Below are positions 63,773-64,000 of a stretch of 64,000 nt of DNA, one piece after another (positions within the stretch are counted from its first letter, which is position 1; every line of letters begins with the position of its first letter). The position numbers were made by a program, and so were the translations under genes. The stretch comes from a virus, in IMG/VR virus record IMGVR_UViG_642555161_000005; one strand, given 5' to 3'. The notes beneath the pieces were generated by a model, which was not told where the DNA came from, ran no database searches, and saw nothing but the letters and a program-made list of their open reading frames with translations.

Positions 63773-63988
63773 ATGCCCAAGCTGCACACCACCCTGGAGC
63801 CGGGCGACGTGGTCCTGATTCCGTCGGGTTCTGGCGCGTCGATCACGTTCACCGAAAAGAGCGGCAAGCGCTCACGTGTGATCATCGAATCCAACACCCC
63901 GGTGACGATCACCCGAGCCGGTGAGCAGCAACCTACTGGCGGTGCGCTGCAGCGAGTGGCGCGCCGGCCAACGCCCGCGATGGGCTGA
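63773..63988 (+). CDS. Small hypothetical protein
   Basis: 71-aa beta-rich ORF in the operon. Confidence 0.6.
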   Translation: MPKLHTTLEPGDVVLIPSGSGASITFTEKSGKRSRVIIESNTPVTITRAGEQQPTGGALQRVARRPTPAMG

Positions 63989-64000
63989 ACATCCTCAAAA

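Larger units (their letters stand above)
31500..64000. mobile_element. Prophage 2: lambdoid-organised prophage with tyrosine integrase; left boundary approximate, right end outside the window
   Basis: int-xis, leftward early operon, cI/cro, replication, late regulator, lysis, terminase and portal. Confidence 0.9.

Overview
High-GC bacterial chromosome segment, probably Stenotrophomonas-like (inferred from the tmRNA tag ANDDNYALAA). Two unrelated prophages sit back-to-back on either side of an intact ssrA (tmRNA) gene (31054-31407, minus strand). LEFT (1 to ~31050, continues beyond the window): a lambda-like cos prophage with tail/head/terminase genes, a cassette of small plus-strand accessory genes interrupted by an IS3-family element, two tandem ParB-fused DNA methyltransferases, a lambda-type cos site, a P4-type primase-helicase replication module, an Xre + ImmA/IrrE regulatory module, and a large serine recombinase module abutting the tmRNA 3' end. 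RIGHT (~31500 to 64000, continues beyond the window): a lambdoid-organised prophage with a tyrosine integrase and excisionase, a two-gene hypothetical + XRE-ImmA cargo, a leftward early operon (RdgC, HNH etc.), a cI/cro switch with five operators, replication genes with iterons, a putative late regulator, an initiator-like tRNA(CAT), lysis genes, fibre-like genes, terminase, portal and a scaffold-like protein. The most notable signals are (i) a fixed-spacing 31-bp motif repeated four times, in front of the accessory genes and the recombinase operon; (ii) a series of antisense genes between cro and cII, two of them with a shared ~60-bp hairpin carrying a promoter and RBS; (iii) two independent HTH/ImmA-protease modules linked to uncharacterised genes. 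All family assignments are from motif recognition by eye; no searches were run.
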